Shown here: positions 61,364-64,000 of the stretch, piece by piece | Numbering within the stretch: position 1 is the first letter of the stretch | Layout of the letters: the number at the start of each line of letters is the position of its first letter | NCBI GenBank assembly: GCA_024137785.1 | Contig: JAHRHZ010000049.1 | Location: forward strand, 5,975,295-6,039,294 | Direction: 5' to 3' | Source: Ginglymostoma cirratum | Lineage: Eukaryota | Length of the DNA: 64,000 nt | Notes under the pieces: model-generated | What the model saw: the letters and a program-made list of their open reading frames with translations, nothing else | Databases searched by the model: none | What the model was told of the DNA's origin: nothing | Made by a program: the position numbers and the translations under genes

Positions 61364-61697
61364 TTCCTGATGGAAGTAGTTGCATCTGGGCTATGATCTC
61401 ACCGGAAAACAATATATGAATAAAGAGAGAAATTTTCTGAAGTAATTGCTGAGGACTTGAATTCCAAAGCTGTATGAATAATGAAGGTTCTGGATTAAAT
61501 CTGCCCACCTATATAAACAAAACTAAATTTGAAAGGCATGTCATTTTATGCACAGGCTGAAGTTACCATGAAGGACTCCCCTTCTCAACCTCTCCCCTCA
61601 CCTGAGGCGTGGTGACGCTCAGGTTAAACCCACCACCAATCATTCCTCTGTGATGAGAGAGTAGCCCAATGCTCCAAGTTGCCATAATCTTCCTCAG

Positions 61698-61795
61698 TTC
61701 TTAGGAAGGGTCACCAGACCCGAAACATTAACTCTGTTTTTTCCCTTCACAGATGCTGCCAGACCTGCTGAGCTTTTCCAGCAACTTCGTTTTTG
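61698..61795 (+). mobile_element. PLE-like single arm, family C, degenerate hammerhead
   Basis: CTTAGGA-A-GGGTC-ACCA-GACCC-GAAAC-ATT followed by the family C arm. Confidence 0.8.
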
Positions 61796-63374
61796 TTATG
61801 GCAACTTTACCTTTTATCTTTTTAAATTTTATACTTACTGAATTCAACTAAGTGTCTTAAATCAACAATATCCAATCTACCACGACGATAATTTTACCAT
61901 GACTAAACTCCTGCTGAAAGACATGGTATTTCAATTAGGATGCTGGAGAGAAAAGTAGTGCTAGACACTGTGTGACTTTGTCAAGGTGAAATTATTTTAT
62001 GCGTACTCAGTTATACAGTCCTCAGTTTCATGAATCAGCAAATTGAGCAACCTTATCAAATATCATTGATTATTGACTGGAGTTCAATCAGTGGACTTCT
62101 TATTACTTACTGAGTTATACAAACTGAAATTGAGAATGTATTCGTTAAATTGCTGCAACTGAAGGAGCAGGCATTGATGATTTTAATTAGCTGATGGCTA
62201 CTGATGTTCTGTACCAAGGGCAAATCAGTTGGTTGAATGTCAATTCATTTAAACTGAATTTAAAAGAATTTTGTCACATCAGTTTGAGATATCTTGCTTT
62301 GTACTGATCTGACAGTAATTCTTTGTTTTTTCTATATCTATCTAATCTTGTAAGCCATTCATCTTTGCACAAGTATATCCCTTTTCCTCAAGTTTGACAC
62401 TGTCTTTAAAAGTTTTGGTTAACCACAGAAAATAGTCCTCACTTATGAATTTACCCCTATTTTAAACCATAGGAATTGACTGGATCCTAACCACTGAAGA
62501 GATACTCAGCAATAGCTAGTTCTTTCCCCACAGAAAATAAGAACCAATTCCTACAGGGTGAAAAAGTTGGAAAGAACAAAGGAGTACTTCCTCCCTCTAG
62601 CTTGCAAAGTCACGTTTGGATGTCATTATTCATTTTTGTGCAGTTTTGTGCTCAGCCCCAGGCACTGTAAAACTGTTTCAGCTGATTACCTTAATTAACC
62701 ATCTTTAACTGATCTCAAGTAGAGAGGGCTTTAAACATGATGAAATTAGAATTTAAACAGAAAACTGCAATACAATATTAACTGTGAAATAAAAATAAAA
62801 TTTGATTTTTGGACTTGCTTCATTCGCAAGCTACTAGCACTCTGTTCAAAATTGTGTGCCACTCAGTTCTGGAGGTTACAAAAGTGGTAATTCACCATGA
62901 TCGTCATCACAGAATATATTATTCATGACTTCAGCTAAAGTTAGGTTTTGTGATGGTGGAAGGAGGGAAACCTGACTGTAAGCGTTTAGAAGTGCCATTG
63001 ATTATGTGCAAACATGAATTTCAGTTCTGAACAAGTTCCCTGTCCCCATACCAGTTATGCCATTAGTTGGACATTTATTATCCAAATAGATAGCAGTATA
63101 CAGCCAACACAGCTGGACGGGAAATTCCGTGAAAATCGCAATAGTATTGCACAACAGTTCTCCAGTGATAAATTCCAATGCAACTAAATTGAAATCAAGT
63201 TTGTAAATAGTGGGAAATAAAGCATTTTTACTTTTGGTGTTCGCTGTCAAAGGCAGTGATTCTGCGGTCAGGCAACGTGCAGTGTAGACACAAATACTAT
63301 GTCCCAACACATTTGGAATATTTTGGGGTCTATTTAGGCAGAATACCCTCACATTCAGTTCAATCAAGATGTAT

Positions 63375-63469
63375 CAGAGATAAAAGGTACTGCAGATGCT
63401 GGAGAATCCGAGATAACAAGCATGGGGCTGGATGAACACAGCAGGTCAAGCAGCATCATAGGAGCAGGA
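63375..63469 (-). mobile_element. PLE single arm, family A, truncated just short of the hammerhead
   Basis: Nearly identical to 42791-42886; 13-bp TSD aatcaagaWgtat at 63362-63374 and 63470-63482. Confidence 0.88.
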
Positions 63470-63549
63470 AATCAAGAAGTATTCTTGTTACACTTCTTAA
63501 TGACTTCTTCATCCCTTGTCCCACAATTAAAAATTATTCAAATTAAAAT

Positions 63550-64000
63550 TTAGAACAGCACGGCACAGGAACAGACTCTTCAGTCCAGGTCTGTGCCAAC
63601 AATGATGCAATTCTAAACTAATTCCATCTGCCTGCACATGGTCCTTATCCCTCTATTCCCTGCTTGTTTATCTGTCTATCTGAATGCCTCTTCAACGTTG
63701 TTGATATATCTGCTTGTATCACCTTCCCCAGTGACATGTTCGAGGTAACTACCTCTTTCTTTCTTTAAAAAAAAAACCATGTCTCACACATCTCCTTTAA
63801 ACTTTCTTCCTCTCACCTTAAACCTATGCTCTCTATTTGACATTTCCACCTTGGGAAAATAACTCTGACTATCCATCCTATCCATGCCTTTCATAATGTT
63901 GTGTACTTCTCTCAGGTCAGCCCTCAGCCTCTGACATGCGAGTGAAAGCAATCCAAGCTTGTCCAACCTTTCCTTATAATGGATACTATCCAGACAACAT
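63550..64000 (-). mobile_element. CR1 LINE 3' end (runs off the window)
   Basis: tagaacagcacggcacaggaacag; minus-strand LGLLSLACQRLRADLREVHNIMKGMDRMD. Confidence 0.88.

Overview
Vertebrate (elasmobranch/shark-type, inferred from the HE1 and Deu-domain SINEs and the CR1 repertoire) genomic DNA covering the 5' coding part of the ciliary transition-zone gene CC2D2A on the + strand. Nine well-supported exons lie between 20123 and 57977, with one probable further exon at 1598-1696; all splice phases are compatible and one donor is probably GC. The introns are mostly decayed retroelements: CR1 LINEs, a second CR1/L2-group LINE with a partner SINE, an RTE fragment, HE1 SINEs and a Deu-domain SINE. 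The most notable signal is a set of at least 14 short Penelope-like (PLE) insertions from about five sequence families. Most carry an intact or decayed minimal hammerhead ribozyme (CUGA[U/A/G]GA...GAAA, palindromic loop-less stem III), several are arranged as fold-back hairpins, and seven have 11-17 bp target-site duplications. One copy (17041-18185) has two tandem ribozymes 464 nt apart bracketing a PLE N-terminal ORF. All four N-gaps fall inside these hairpins. An old ~0.5 kb inverted repeat also brackets one CC2D2A exon. Everything was read by eye; family names come from recalled consensus sequences, not database searches, and repeat boundaries are approximate.
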